Below, one piece after another: positions 1 through 11,292 of a DNA stretch of 64,000 nucleotides. Source of the stretch: Yuukianura sp. NJ FZ-2021. Taxonomy: Eukaryota. Made by a program: the position numbers and the translations under genes. The notes beneath the pieces were generated by a model. The model was not told the DNA's origin. It ran no database searches and saw only the letters and a program-made list of their open reading frames with translations. Position 1 is the stretch's first letter. Every line of letters begins with the position of its first letter. Where the stretch lies: positions 1,922,001 through 1,986,000 of the forward strand of contig CM102286.1 of NCBI GenBank assembly GCA_046563655.1, in the 5' to 3' direction.

Positions 1-636
1 GATGTCATTTGTCTTTGGAAGATGAAGTAATCAAAAATAAGAAAAATGAATGAATATGGCTTTATGTTCATCGCAAGACGAAATTATCGAACTTTCAATC
101 TTCTCAAATCAACACTTTCTCAGACATAATGACATAAACTGAATGGAACTCTTTCGTACAATCTTATCTTCCCTTCTCCAGTGAAAAACAGATTGAACTT
201 CAATCATTGAAGTGGCTGAAATTCTAAATTTTTGTAAGAAATCGGCAATCGGCGGAAGCCTAATAGCTCGTGCGTTCGGAAATTGTACCGAAAGTGAACC
301 GGTACCGGTTTGTCTCAGCTTACCCCGAAAAGAAATAAACTCAGAGAATTCCAGTCTTATAGAGGGGATGCTTCTGATAGCTTTCTGTTACCTACATCTT
401 AATCGTCATGCCCTCGTCCATTTTTACGTTAATTGTAAATACAGTGGTCACTGGTACACTGATTTGATTGGGTGATGATGGCGGTAACAGAAAACGTTCG
501 TCGCCAAAACGTAGGCCCACACCGGCTTTCCCGGTATCCCGCTATTCAAACTGTACCTGAACTAGTAAGCAGTAAAAATCTGAACTTACTGTCAAGCACT
601 ACCTATAACTTCTAACATTTGCTGTTAAGGACGTAC

Positions 637-708
637 CTTTCCGCTAGTAGTGTGATCAGCTGGCAGTGATTCTGGAACCGTCTGTAGTGTGGTTCTCATG
701 CTTGACAT
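637..708 (-). CDS. par-1: PAR-1/MARK serine/threonine kinase, first coding exon only (rest of gene runs off the left edge); spliced 5' UTR extends to about 1590
   Basis: The exon encodes MSSMRTTLQTVPESLPADHTTSGK and ends in a phase-0 donor AAG|gtacgt. It closely resembles my recollection of the Drosophila PAR-1 N-terminus (MSTAMRTTLQSVPEALPAD). Upstream minus-strand GT-AG exons lie at 943-637, about 1221-1046 and about 1590-1425. The kinase domain is not in the window. Confidence 0.75.
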
Positions 709-1672
709 GGTATGTTGTTGTACCGTTTTGCATTAAACCGGAGCTCCAACACGTTGGAGGACTGAAGCGAAGTCAACTGAACACGGTTACATCGACGCAG
801 GATGTGAGCATATCCTTTCGGTTAGCGCAGTTCCGGAATCAGTCTCAAGTTCCTCAAGATCGTCAGGGATACCGGCAATATTCAGTTGGTAGGCGGTGGT
901 TAGCTCCTGGCCAAGGTAATCTTCTTGTCGATCAAGTCAAAACCTATAAGTCAACAAAAAGATAGGAATTAATTGTCAATCAATCACCATTTCGTGCCAT
1001 GAATATCTTTAGTTATCAAAACCAACTGGGATACTAAAAGCTTACCGACACACATAACTGTACTCTCGTTTCTCGTTAACTTATACCCATCAAATCTTCC
1101 AAAATCAACGTATTCCATTCGTTAATGATCAAAATAGTATTGGTCACTTCCGGTAAGCTGATCAGTAGCAGCACAACTGAAAACGTTCACCTTCGTCTTC
1201 GTAAATTTAGTGGCCGCATAATCTAGTGCTGACGAGGAATTCGATATCCAATTCAAGACCAATTACCTCTGACCTTTACAGAACAGTTGAGCTTTATGGA
1301 ATCAATTGACAAACCACGAACATACATACGTAAAAACCACGTTAGATAACTTTGGGCGGTGACACGGGAGAGAGTCTCTACGTTGAGCAGATCGATTCAC
1401 TCCTTTTTATAAAAGTGAACTTACCTCTACCAAGAGAGAACCGATGACTCAATTTCCAGTGATCCTTGGCTACTGATCGCCCTGTTTTGATACAGCGATG
1501 ATGTTGGACCACAACAATGACTTCAGTTTCTAAGAAATATTTAGAACAGGAGCCCAAGATGGACGAAATAAGTTGTATAATAAGAAAAAGTTGAGTGTAG
1601 AAAGGTAGAGCTGGGTTTACTATAGGCAGAGGAAAGAGGAAGAAAAAAAGAAGCGAGAGATCTTCTGGGTTG

Positions 1673-1910
1673 ATGACGTCAGCAGAGAGGCACCGCCGGA
1701 ACCACTCGTTTGGTCGTAGAGAGCCTATGGTAATCTGTGTACCATCATATCAAATCCCTTCAAATATCCGATAATACCCGTATCCTTGGCACACTTCCGA
1801 AAGTTCGGATTTCGTCATGTCACATGTCCATGTCAAATACAAAAGGTCCTTGGACCGCGCAAAGGTCAAATTCCGAACTCCCTAACTTTTTTCTTTTCAT
1901 GACGTCACAA
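1673..1910. promoter_or_regulatory. Two palindromic CRE (TGACGTCA) sites upstream of the par-1 leader
   Basis: TGACGTCA occurs at about 1674-1681 and 1900-1907. Function is inferred only. Confidence 0.35.
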
Positions 1911-2596
1911 GGACGCTGACCTATTACCACCCTATACCCTTAGCCCTTACTTTTCATCAGGCATGTCAAAAATATTTACCAAAAACTGTCGAAATTGGCA
2001 CAAAATAGCGTAAAATCTTGCGATTTAGTGTTGTTGGATGTGTAAAATATTTCTTCCGCCTACATCAAATTATAGGCGGAAGTATACGGAATTATCCACT
2101 TCTGTCCACCCATTTCTTCCGGATAAAACCGGGCGAAATGCATTATCCATAGAGTATACACTGAATGGTTAAAAAACGTTATTAGAAAATATGAATATGA
2201 ATCAAAACTAGTGGCAAATATTTACTTAAAAAAAGGAAATAGATCTTACTACGGTACTGGTACTAAATATTTTTGGCAGGCCTATTTATTAAGTACCGTT
2301 TTTCCTAACAAAGACACTCATTTCGAAAAAAATAGAACAAAGAACGTTTCCTAAAAAGTTGTTACAAGACAAAATACTTTGGTGTTATTTTAAAAAGTGG
2401 TAATCGTGTAGTCTAAAACTGGGTTATTTAAAAGTTAGAATTTTTGCCAGATTGAAAATTAATAACATTTTTTGAAAAGTTTGAGTATTTTAAAACTAAG
2501 AGATTCCGAACTAGATTAATAATTGTGATGTTTCATGACTAAAAAGTTTCATGGCCTACGAAGTCGAGTCAGTCAATCGTTTTGTTTGCGTTTTCT

Positions 2597-3511
2597 TCAG
2601 GTTGGACACATTTTGTCGGTCATGTCCTTGAGGGGTTCCAGTTCCTTGGAACTGATGAGATTAAACTCGGTGACGAAGTAGTAGAAATGCTTGTAGCAAG
2701 TATTGACGTGCGCTTCAGCGCCAAGCGCAACTACGCGGTCAAAGTGATGGATATAAACGTGAACGAAGACACGGAACAGGCGGGTCAGGATTTTTCGGCA
2801 AATGCTGACAAAGTTTTTTGGAAATGGATGATCTACCAACACAAATCAAGAAATTAGCTTAGTCTTTTCTAAATTTAATTACGAATTTGACTTACCCATG
2901 CTTGTAGGAAACGTTTTCTCATTGTTGATTTGACTTTCAATCCAGTCCATGAGTAGACTAACGTATTTGGGTGCTGATAATTGTGCTGGTTTCTTGTACT
3001 CGCAGCCATCGGCCCACAAGTATTCAAATTTCGGACCTCCGCTCATCTTCGGACAAGATTTGTCACTGCAGTAATCGCAAACTGTGCCATAAATTAGGTT
3101 GATACGGTTGAAGAAATCTACGACTGAAATTCAAAAAAATCGCTTACATTAAAGTTTTCAAAATTCAAAATTTTTATCAAAATTTGGAAATTTACCATGA
3201 ACAGCGATCCAGTCATTCATATCTTCATTCGGTGGTAATTTCACAGCTTCCTTGAGATTAATTCCTGAATTTAGGCTTGCTTGTGCCGCTTTGTGCAGTC
3301 CGTACCGAAGTGTCCCTGGTTCAAATCGTTTTCTAGGCCGAAACGTCTAGAAAACGATTAAAATTGTTAGAAAATCTTTCATAATTCACGAAATTCAAAT
3401 TTTTAACTGAAGAAAAAAGAGTTTTTAAAACAAACTACAACTACTATGGTTAGTGTTACATTTACGTACCTTCTCTTTTTGGAAGAAGTCAAAGAATCCA
3501 TGCAGTGCCAT
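2597..3511 (-). CDS. MOB3: MOB kinase activator 3 (spliced, about 4 coding exons)
   Basis: [64 protein letters not shown]...[48 protein letters not shown], which is typical of MOB3. Splice sites are canonical. Confidence 0.93.
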
Positions 3512-4250
3512 ATTGGTATTTACGTATAACAATCCGTAAATCCGTTTTCAATTACAAAATTATTGCTTTTTACTAATTACTAACTATACTGTACTCTTTC
3601 AAATTTCAATATTTTCTTCAAATCTAACTGACCCGGCTTACGAAAAAATTCGAATTACTGGAAAAAGTTGTTAAAAATCTGCAGAGGATGTTTAAGTAAC
3701 GTGGAAAATTTTAACCGTGGGAACTTACAGTCTGGAGTTACAAAGTAAAAAGCGGATACTTGGAAGTGCAAAACAGTTTGAGAAATGGCGATTTATGTTA
3801 CTTTTTCCCCGATTCTTGCAGATTATAATATCTATCTTCTATGATCTACTAGTGGTAGCTCTAGTGGAGCTTACAATAAGAAAAAAACACCCCTCTTTTG
3901 CAAAGTGTTTCTTTCTTTCCTTGTCATGCGATGAATTTTGTGTAGCCGGAGTCACCCACTAACTCGATATATACCCGGCCCCAAGTAAAGTGTCGTACAA
4001 ATAGATTGTAGTAAGGCTACTTCTTTCAACACTCATCGCAAACCACGCCTCTCAATAGACGCCAAAAGTTCCAAGAAATGAAAAAGTACTTGAAAGTCCA
4101 AAAAATATTGTTGCGGATGTAACAAGTTCTTCTTGTGAAAGAAATTATCTATGAGAGGAAAATGTTTTTGGCGTTTGTCATCCCATCGGAATGAAAAATA
4201 ATCTGCAATTTACTTTTCAGGTGAAAAATAGTCTGCAATTTACTTTTCAT

Positions 4251-5767
4251 TCAAACATTTGAATGAAAAGTGAAATCTGTGTTTGAAAGTTTTAACTTCT
4301 GTGTAACATTTTTAACTTCACGCTTCAACTCTCCTTCTCTTCACAGGAGAACTTACAACTGGACTGTCGGCGGGACAGGGATGAGGGATGTCTAAAGATT
4401 CCATGTTGATGTTCTGCCAATGAGTTGAATCAGGCATACTTAATTGTTCTGTCATCATGACACAGTTTAGTCTCGACTTGAGGAAAAGCTGGCAATGAAA
4501 AGGCGGTAAAAGTTAAAATGTTGAAACAAAGGAAAGATTCTCAAGTTAGTTTGATACCTTTTTGAGTGGTTTCTTTTCGTTGAGGTGGTGGAGATAGAGG
4601 TGGCGATCCAATCCACACGAAACGACATAAGGCGACTCTGGATGCGTTGAAATACTGCGAATACTTCCACTGAAACCTCCAAAATGATGAACTACACTTC
4701 CCTTGTCACCTTTACGTAAATCCAGTAAACCCATTTTCCCTTGCGAACTGCCCACGATTACTTGACTGAAAAAAAAACACAAATTCAAAATTATGAATTT
4801 TACATACAACATGGTCGATTTTGGCAGTTATATAAAAAATCGTAATAGTTTCACCTGTGGTTTTGAGTTGTTGAAATTGACATGAGGGCATGGTCCATAA
4901 ACTGCATGTTGATAACAGGTCGACACCGATTGTTGGCCCTTGTGTCGTATAGCCTCACTTGTCCATATCTCGTAGAAACAGCAACAAGTTCACTTGATTG
5001 TGGCAAAAACGTTAGTCCTTGTACCCATACTTTCACTCTTAGGTCCAGTTCATCGTGAGGAACGTTCTTGGCACTGAACACAGGAACGGTCAAATCCGGA
5101 GATTCTAAGTTCCATATCTTCAAGTCATTTTCTTTCCCGCCAGTAGCAAAAATGTGCTTGTTATGTGGACAATGTTGTATTGTCGACAAGTGTTCCCCGG
5201 ATACCGTTGTCATTATATCTTTGTCCTCAGCGAAACTCCATAACGAAATCTGTCCGTTTTCATATCCTACCAAGTAAGATCTGAAACATGTCGTGAATAA
5301 AAGAGCAGACTCATCAGTTTGTAAAGTTGCCATCAGCGTGATTAAAATGAAATTCAAACTCACCCCATGTAAGAATGAGCTCCGACTATATCGTCGGCAC
5401 AGGAAAGTTTGATACAACTGGTAAATGCCCGTAGTTTAGTGTTGTAGATTTTGATAATTTCATTCTTGAATGCAACCAAGATTTCCTTCTTCGTCTCGAA
5501 GTCGACCCAGGATAAGGCTCGTATCGGTTTTGCGTTAGTCAAGGAATCAAAATCATGGAAATTCTTTAATCGTGGTGTTTCTTGACCAAAGTATACTCCT
5601 GCAAAACAGAACATCAATGGAGAGCACTGAATACATGTCAAAAATATGTCAAATAAATTCAATGATTGAATTTCAATCAATCCCTTACCTTTTAGAACTC
5701 CAGTTTCAGCACCAGCGTAAACGTTAAACGTGCAATCGGGCTCTACTGCGGCTCCTTCGGACTCCAT
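4251..5767 (-). CDS. WDR74: WD repeat-containing protein 74 (Nsa1-like 60S biogenesis factor), 5 exons
   Basis: Motifs VYAGAETGVLKG, ATGGKENDLKIW, FSAKNVPHDELDLRVKVW, GFSGSIRSI, SCGLDRHL and LFLKSRLNCV. Stop TGA at 4253-4251. Confidence 0.92.
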
Positions 5768-6068
5768 TGTTAAAATTCCTAATTAAAAACTAGTGTTGTC
5801 AATTTCCCGAAACCAATTCCGCAATGTTCACCAAAATTTTTTTGACTTTCTGTCCATTTCGACTTCGAGCACGAGTCGAAAGCTAAAACACACCTACACA
5901 AACGCTGAGACTCAATTTTAGCTTATCTGCTGCCTACTTACAAACCAATTTCAATCAATTAAAAACTAATTTAACTTAATTAATCATATACTCAAAATTA
6001 ATGTTGCTGCTAATTTTCGTAACATCAAAAAGTAAAGTGATTTTGAAATTTATCGCTAAACGTTTTTT

Positions 6069-6949
6069 GGTTGGAGAGTAGATCCGCAGTCTGTTTTTCT
6101 TAGTCGTTTTTTCGACATGGACATGCTCCATGATAACCGAAAAAATGACCTATACAAAAGTTGTTCCTCTTGAAAAGATAAGCAACTTTTACGGGAACCA
6201 TTTTTCTCTGTGACCTTTCCTTGAGGTCACAGGTCAAGGTCAAAAGGGGTGTTCCCTGACAACCCACAAAATGGTCCCTACAAAAGTTGTTCCTCTCCTC
6301 AAAAGCTACAACTTTCATTAAGACCATTTTCGTCTGTGACCCTTTCTTCGGGTCAAAGGTCAAGGTCAACTAAGAATCTCCTGACAATCGAAAAAATGAC
6401 CTCTACAAAAGTTGTTCAGCTCAATGAGTAGATCATTTTCTATCCTATGACCTATGGTCCTGTGACGGCTCCCTGAGGCTATAAGTTAGGTTTTTTTAAA
6501 CCTCGAATCCAGGAGACGTACCTTCACCTTGAGATGACACCTCAGGGAGTCGTCACAGGGTCATAGGTCATAGGGCAAAAAATGATCTACTCATTGAACT
6601 GAACAACTTTTGTAGAGGTCATTTTTTCGATTGTCAGGAGATTCTTAGTTGACCTTGACCTTTGACCCGAAGAAAGGGTCACAGACGAAAATGGTCTTAA
6701 TGAAAGTTGTAGCTTTTGAGGAGAGGAACAACTTTTGTAGGGACCATTTTGTGGGTTGTCAGGGAACACCCCTTTTGACCTTGACCTGTGGCCTCAAGGA
6801 AAGGTCACAGAGAAAAATGGTTCCCGTAAAAGTTGCTTATCTTTTCAAGAGGAACAACTTTTGTATAGGTCATTTTTTCGGTTATCATGGAGCATGTCCA
6901 TGTCGAAAAAACGACTAAGAAAAACAGACTGCGGATCTACTCTCCAACC
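6069..6949. mobile_element. 881-bp foldback-type non-autonomous DNA transposon with about 410-bp TIRs and an 8-bp TSD (Merlin- or Mutator/foldback-like)
   Basis: Arms 6069-6478 and 6540-6949 are near-perfect reverse complements with GG...CC termini. CGTTTTTT flanks it at 6061-6068 and 6950-6957. The paralogous site near 12560-12580 is empty. Confidence 0.9.
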
Positions 6950-7436
6950 CGTTTTTTTCAAATTTTGTGCCTGGGTGGTTTGGGTGCCTTAGTTGGCAAA
7001 GGTATCCTTTTGAATTACCCAGTTCAGGAGCAAAATAAAATAAGGAAGCGGAAAACAAAACAAACAACAAAACGGAAACGATTACCTAACCAAGTTCCAG
7101 CTTCCAGCGTTTGATTTAGATTAATTGTAATTGTCATTTGAAGCCTAGAAACTGTCATCGTCATAGGTCACTCTGTTTTATTTCTCGCTGCTCGCGTCGC
7201 AGCGTCATTTGTAAGTTACTTCACTTTTTCACTTTTCCTCATTTTAACATTCGCTTGGTTCATCAATTTGCTGTGTATGTTTGTAATTTGGCAGGAATGT
7301 CGGAGACTTAACACACAATGGATTGGTTTTTGCTGTAAAGTGATTGTGATACGCTGATGAGCTTAAAGTGATTAATTATTCAACTGGGAGGAGCAATTAA
7401 ACAAGAATCGAACACTCATAGTGGCCAGATATCATA

Positions 7437-10400
7437 ATGAACACTACACTAATGAATGGGGGCAATGGTGCTTCCGGAGGTTCGGGAGCGAAGGTTTCAG
7501 TGGCAGTGCGAGTTCGACCACTAATTGAAAGAGAAACTAAACAGAAAAAGGGTAATTCCTGATGTATAAATTGTGGTTATGAATTTAACAGGTTGGCGAT
7601 AAATTATGGTTTATGTGTGCATTAGGTTCAGGAACCAATTGGGTGGTGGACCAAAATTTTATTCAGCCGGCATCTCCCAAGACCGATGAAGCTTTGCCCG
7701 GTGTAGAGCGGTATATGTTTGACCATGTGTTTTCAATGGAGGACGATACAAAGGAAGTTTATAACACCGTAGTTTCGCCCATTGTTGACCAAGCCTTTAG
7801 TGGTTTCAATGGTACAGTTCTCTGCTATGGACAAACTTCATCTGGTAACTTATGATATCTTGTAAACTTTTTCAGTATTTAAACTTTCTAACATTATTTT
7901 AACTTTTAGGGAAAACGTTTACTTTGTACGGCAGTGAAAGGGAGAATGGTATCCTATCTCTTACCGCCCGACACTTGTTCAAACGTATTTCTGAAGACAA
8001 GAACAGAACGTACATAGTCCTGTGAGTTTCGGCCTTTCGCCTTGAGTAATTGTTTTCTGGACTTTTCTGAATATCGTTTTCAATTGTTGTTACAGGCTAA
8101 GTCTAATTGAAATCTACAACGAGAAGGTTTCGGATCTTCTCAACGCTCAGAAGGAAATTCCCATTGTAGAATATTATGGACGCATTATGCTGAAGGAACT
8201 GGAACAGATTGAAATTCGTAAACCCGAAGGCATGCTGGCAGCGATGCAGCAAGTTCAGAAACGTCGTAGGGTTGGAGAAACTCGAATGAACCAAGACAGT
8301 TCCAGGTCTCACACTATCATGAGAATTCTGCTGGAAAGTGTCCCCAAAGCGGAGGAAATCCAAGAAAATGTCAAAGTCACTGTCACCACTGCTCTGCTCA
8401 ACTTCGTTGATCTCGCTGGATCTGAGAAAGTGTCACAAACGTGTGCCGTTGGAGAACGGTTCAAAGAAGCAACGCACATCAACCGATCATTATCCGTTCT
8501 TTCTCAAGTTGTGATGCAACTGAGTCAAGATGAGCCCATTACTACCAGTGGAAGTCATTTACCATCGACTGTTACCCCTGGTATGTCAAAAGTTGGAAGT
8601 TTAATTACTAATTCTTCCAACTCAACCACTAAGAAGACTGCAAGCAAGTACGTCAACTACCGAGATAGTAAGCTCACCAGGATACTTCAGAGTTCTTTGA
8701 GCGGCAATGCCTATATTGCAATGATTTGTACCGTAACGCCTGCGAGTATCGAGGAAACTATTTCTACGCTTCGGTAAGCTATGGACTTAATAATTTTGTT
8801 CTACTTCCTCATCTTAGAATGCAGATCAGCTGATCTCGAAAACTGAAATGTTGAAATGCTTAATCTTTTTGAAAAATGCTTGCAGATTTGCGAGAACTGC
8901 GAAGAAGATTCAGACGAAACCGAAGGCGAACCACAAACTCGCGTCTGATTGTGAATATCAACAAAAAATGTTGAATCTTCAACAAACCTTGGATGTAAAT
9001 CATCTCACTGTCTTTAAAACTCAGTAACTTTAAGTTTAATTAACTTTAATAATTCTGTTTTGTACCTCTTTTCAGAGTACAACGTATGAACTCCAAAGTA
9101 AGACGAATGAAGTGGATGATCTGCAAAATCAAACCACCCTGCCATATCTTTCTTTACTAGAAAAATCAATTACGGAGGAAGATATATTCCAAATACCGAA
9201 CAAATCACCACCACTGTCCAAGAAGCGAAGTTCTCGTGGTGAAATTTCATCTCCATTTCAAAGTGAAAGTAAGTGAAATCTTTGATTTTTGAATATCTGG
9301 AGTACTTTTTTTTTATACTGGCAACTTTCGGTTGTACTTGTTACTTCCGTTACTTGAATTTAATTACTTCACTTTGTAAACTTGTTTTGAATCTGTAGCG
9401 TTCATGACAGATGAACAAGCAAGGAATCTCTTGGACAATGGTGAAAGGACACGTTTAGAAGAATTTACTTGTCCTTCGGTGATGAAGAAACCGAAGTACA
9501 TTGAGACGGGCGACGCCGAATCACAAAATGACCCAGTACCACCATACATGTAAATACTAAAAAATTAAAAAAAAATTCGGAACAGTGTTTCTGAAATAGA
9601 TTTGTTGTGTGATTTTAGACCAGAAGCAAAGCGAATTCACCTAGAAGCAACTCATCCGCCAGGGACTCCTCCCAGTGTACTTCGGTTGCAACGTTCTCAC
9701 TTACGTTTAGCTTGCGAGGAAGAAGTTCAGGAGAAGGCAGAATTGAAGGCGTTCCATTACAATGTAATTGACGTCCTACATCAACAAGTTTCATTTTTGG
9801 AGGATGCTCTCGCCACTTCTGAGGCGAAGTGCAAGGAAATGCAAGAAATTTTTGAAATGTCCAGCGACGGAAACTTCTCTGCCCTTCTGACTGAGCTGAA
9901 AAATTCCATTAACTGTGAAACTCAAATGCATAAACTTTCCGACTCATCAACAACAACCGAAGTCGTTGAAAAATTGGATTTTGGCGCCACTGCAGGAACT
10001 TCACTGGTAAATATCCGTCATACGTGGACAGAAACTGAAGTTACTAAAATTGCCACTCATGACTTTGGAGCAATGGTGTTCATCCCGCCAATAACATGTG
10101 AAGCTTCAACGGAAACAGAAACAACATCATCAGTAGCATCAGCAGTAGAAGTTCACGAAATGGCCATTGAAACCTCAGTTTTTGAAACTAAGAAGGAAAA
10201 TATCCGGGTCGAAACAGCTGATTGTGGAGTAATGGCACGAGTTCCAATGCACGGAGTTGCTGATACTACGACCGAAATGGAATTCGTTGCGGAACCGGAA
10301 GTCCTGACTGAGCTAAAAAATTCAATTGACGGTGAAACTCAAATGCATAAACTTTCCGACTCATCAACAACAACCGAAGTCGTTGAAAAATTGGATTTTG

Positions 10401-10837
10401 GCGCCACTGCAGGAACTTCACTGGTAAATATCCGTCATACGTGGACAGAAACTGAAGTTACTAAAATTGCCACTCATGACTTTGGAGCAATGGTGTTCAT
10501 CCCGCCAATAACATGTGAAGCTTCAACGGAAACAGAAACAACATCATCAGTAGCATCAGCAGTAGAAGTTCACGAAATGGCCATTGAAACCTCAGTTTTT
10601 GAAACTAAGAAGGAAAATATCCGGGTCGAAACAGCTGATTGTGGAGTAATGGCACGAGTTCCAATGCACGGAGTTGCTGATACTACGACCGAAATGGAAT
10701 TCGTTGCGGAACCGGAAGTCCTGACTGAGCTAAAAAATTCAATTGACGGTGAAACTCAAGAGGCTTCTATTGAAGCTGAAGAATCTGAAAAGGCGAGTAG
10801 GCGAGGAGAAACCAGAACAGTTACGCCTGGTTTATAG
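7437..10837 (+). CDS. CENP-E-like kinesin-7, copy 1 (derived, tail lost; may splice on to C2H2 exons ending at 11763)
   Basis: Exons 7437-7551, 7626-7844, 7910-8021, 8096-8773, 8886-8994, 9075-9269, 9399-9549 and 9619 onward. Motifs VAVRVRP, GQTSSGKT, NQDSSRSH, DLAGSE and NYRDSKLTRILQ. The frame stays open to a TAG at 10835-10837 inside a MITE. Confidence 0.85.
9926..10759 (+). repeat. Essentially perfect 417-bp (139-aa) in-frame tandem duplication in kinesin copy 1
   Basis: ATGCATAAACTTTCCGAC starts at 9926 and 10343, and GAAACTCAA ends at 10342 and 10759. The two translated units are identical. Confidence 0.92.
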
Positions 10838-11205
10838 TCTCACTCTTCACTTCATGCTCACTTCGCTGTTATGTCGCTTTCACTATCACTTTTCATGCGA
10901 GTGAACTATAAATTAGGCATACAGTTTCATTACAACATCACTTCACCTTCATTTTCACTCCGTCGTCACTTTGAGAAAAGTTGACTCCGGTTCAACTTTG
11001 AAAAAGTGAAGGAAAAGTGACGACGAAGTGATACGAAAGTGAAACTCAAAATAGGCAGCGAGTAAAAGAGGAAGTGAAGACGAAACCAAAAGTGAGACAG
11101 GGATGATCATGTCCTCATCACTTCCGACTCTAAATACGACAAAGTGACGGAGGAAGTGAAGTTCAGCACAAAAGTGAAGTGAAAAGTGAGACTATAAACC
11201 AGGCG
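10824..11205. mobile_element. 382-bp MITE with TTA TSD (PIF/Harbinger-Tourist-like)
   Basis: TIR CGCCTGGTTTATAGTCTCACT...AGTGAGACTATAAACCAGGCG, with TTA at 10821-10823 and 11206-11208. Confidence 0.88.
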
Positions 11206-11292
11206 TTAGACAAAAAATAGTGTTAAGTATAAACAAAACATAAATGTAGGAAGGAAACGACATAGTAGTTTGATTTTGTTGTATTTTTTTAG

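Larger units (their letters stand above)
5934..10812 (+). repeat. Copy 1 of a tandem segmental duplication (paralogous to about 12437-16610)
   Basis: The upstream block CAAACCAAT.TCAATCAATTAAAAACTAATTTAACTTAATTAATCATATACTC is shared (5941 and 12445). Promoter, 5' UTR, exons and introns are collinear until homology ends near 10812. Confidence 0.9.

Noticed and set aside
6100..6992. Mirror-image ORF pairs (MTLTFDPK..., MFPDNPQN...)
   Set aside because: They are by-products of the palindromic transposon arms, with non-ATG starts and no domain.
8581..8640. Possible intron starting GTATGT within the kinesin loop-12 insert
   Set aside because: There is no phase-compatible acceptor, and several differences between copies are synonymous.
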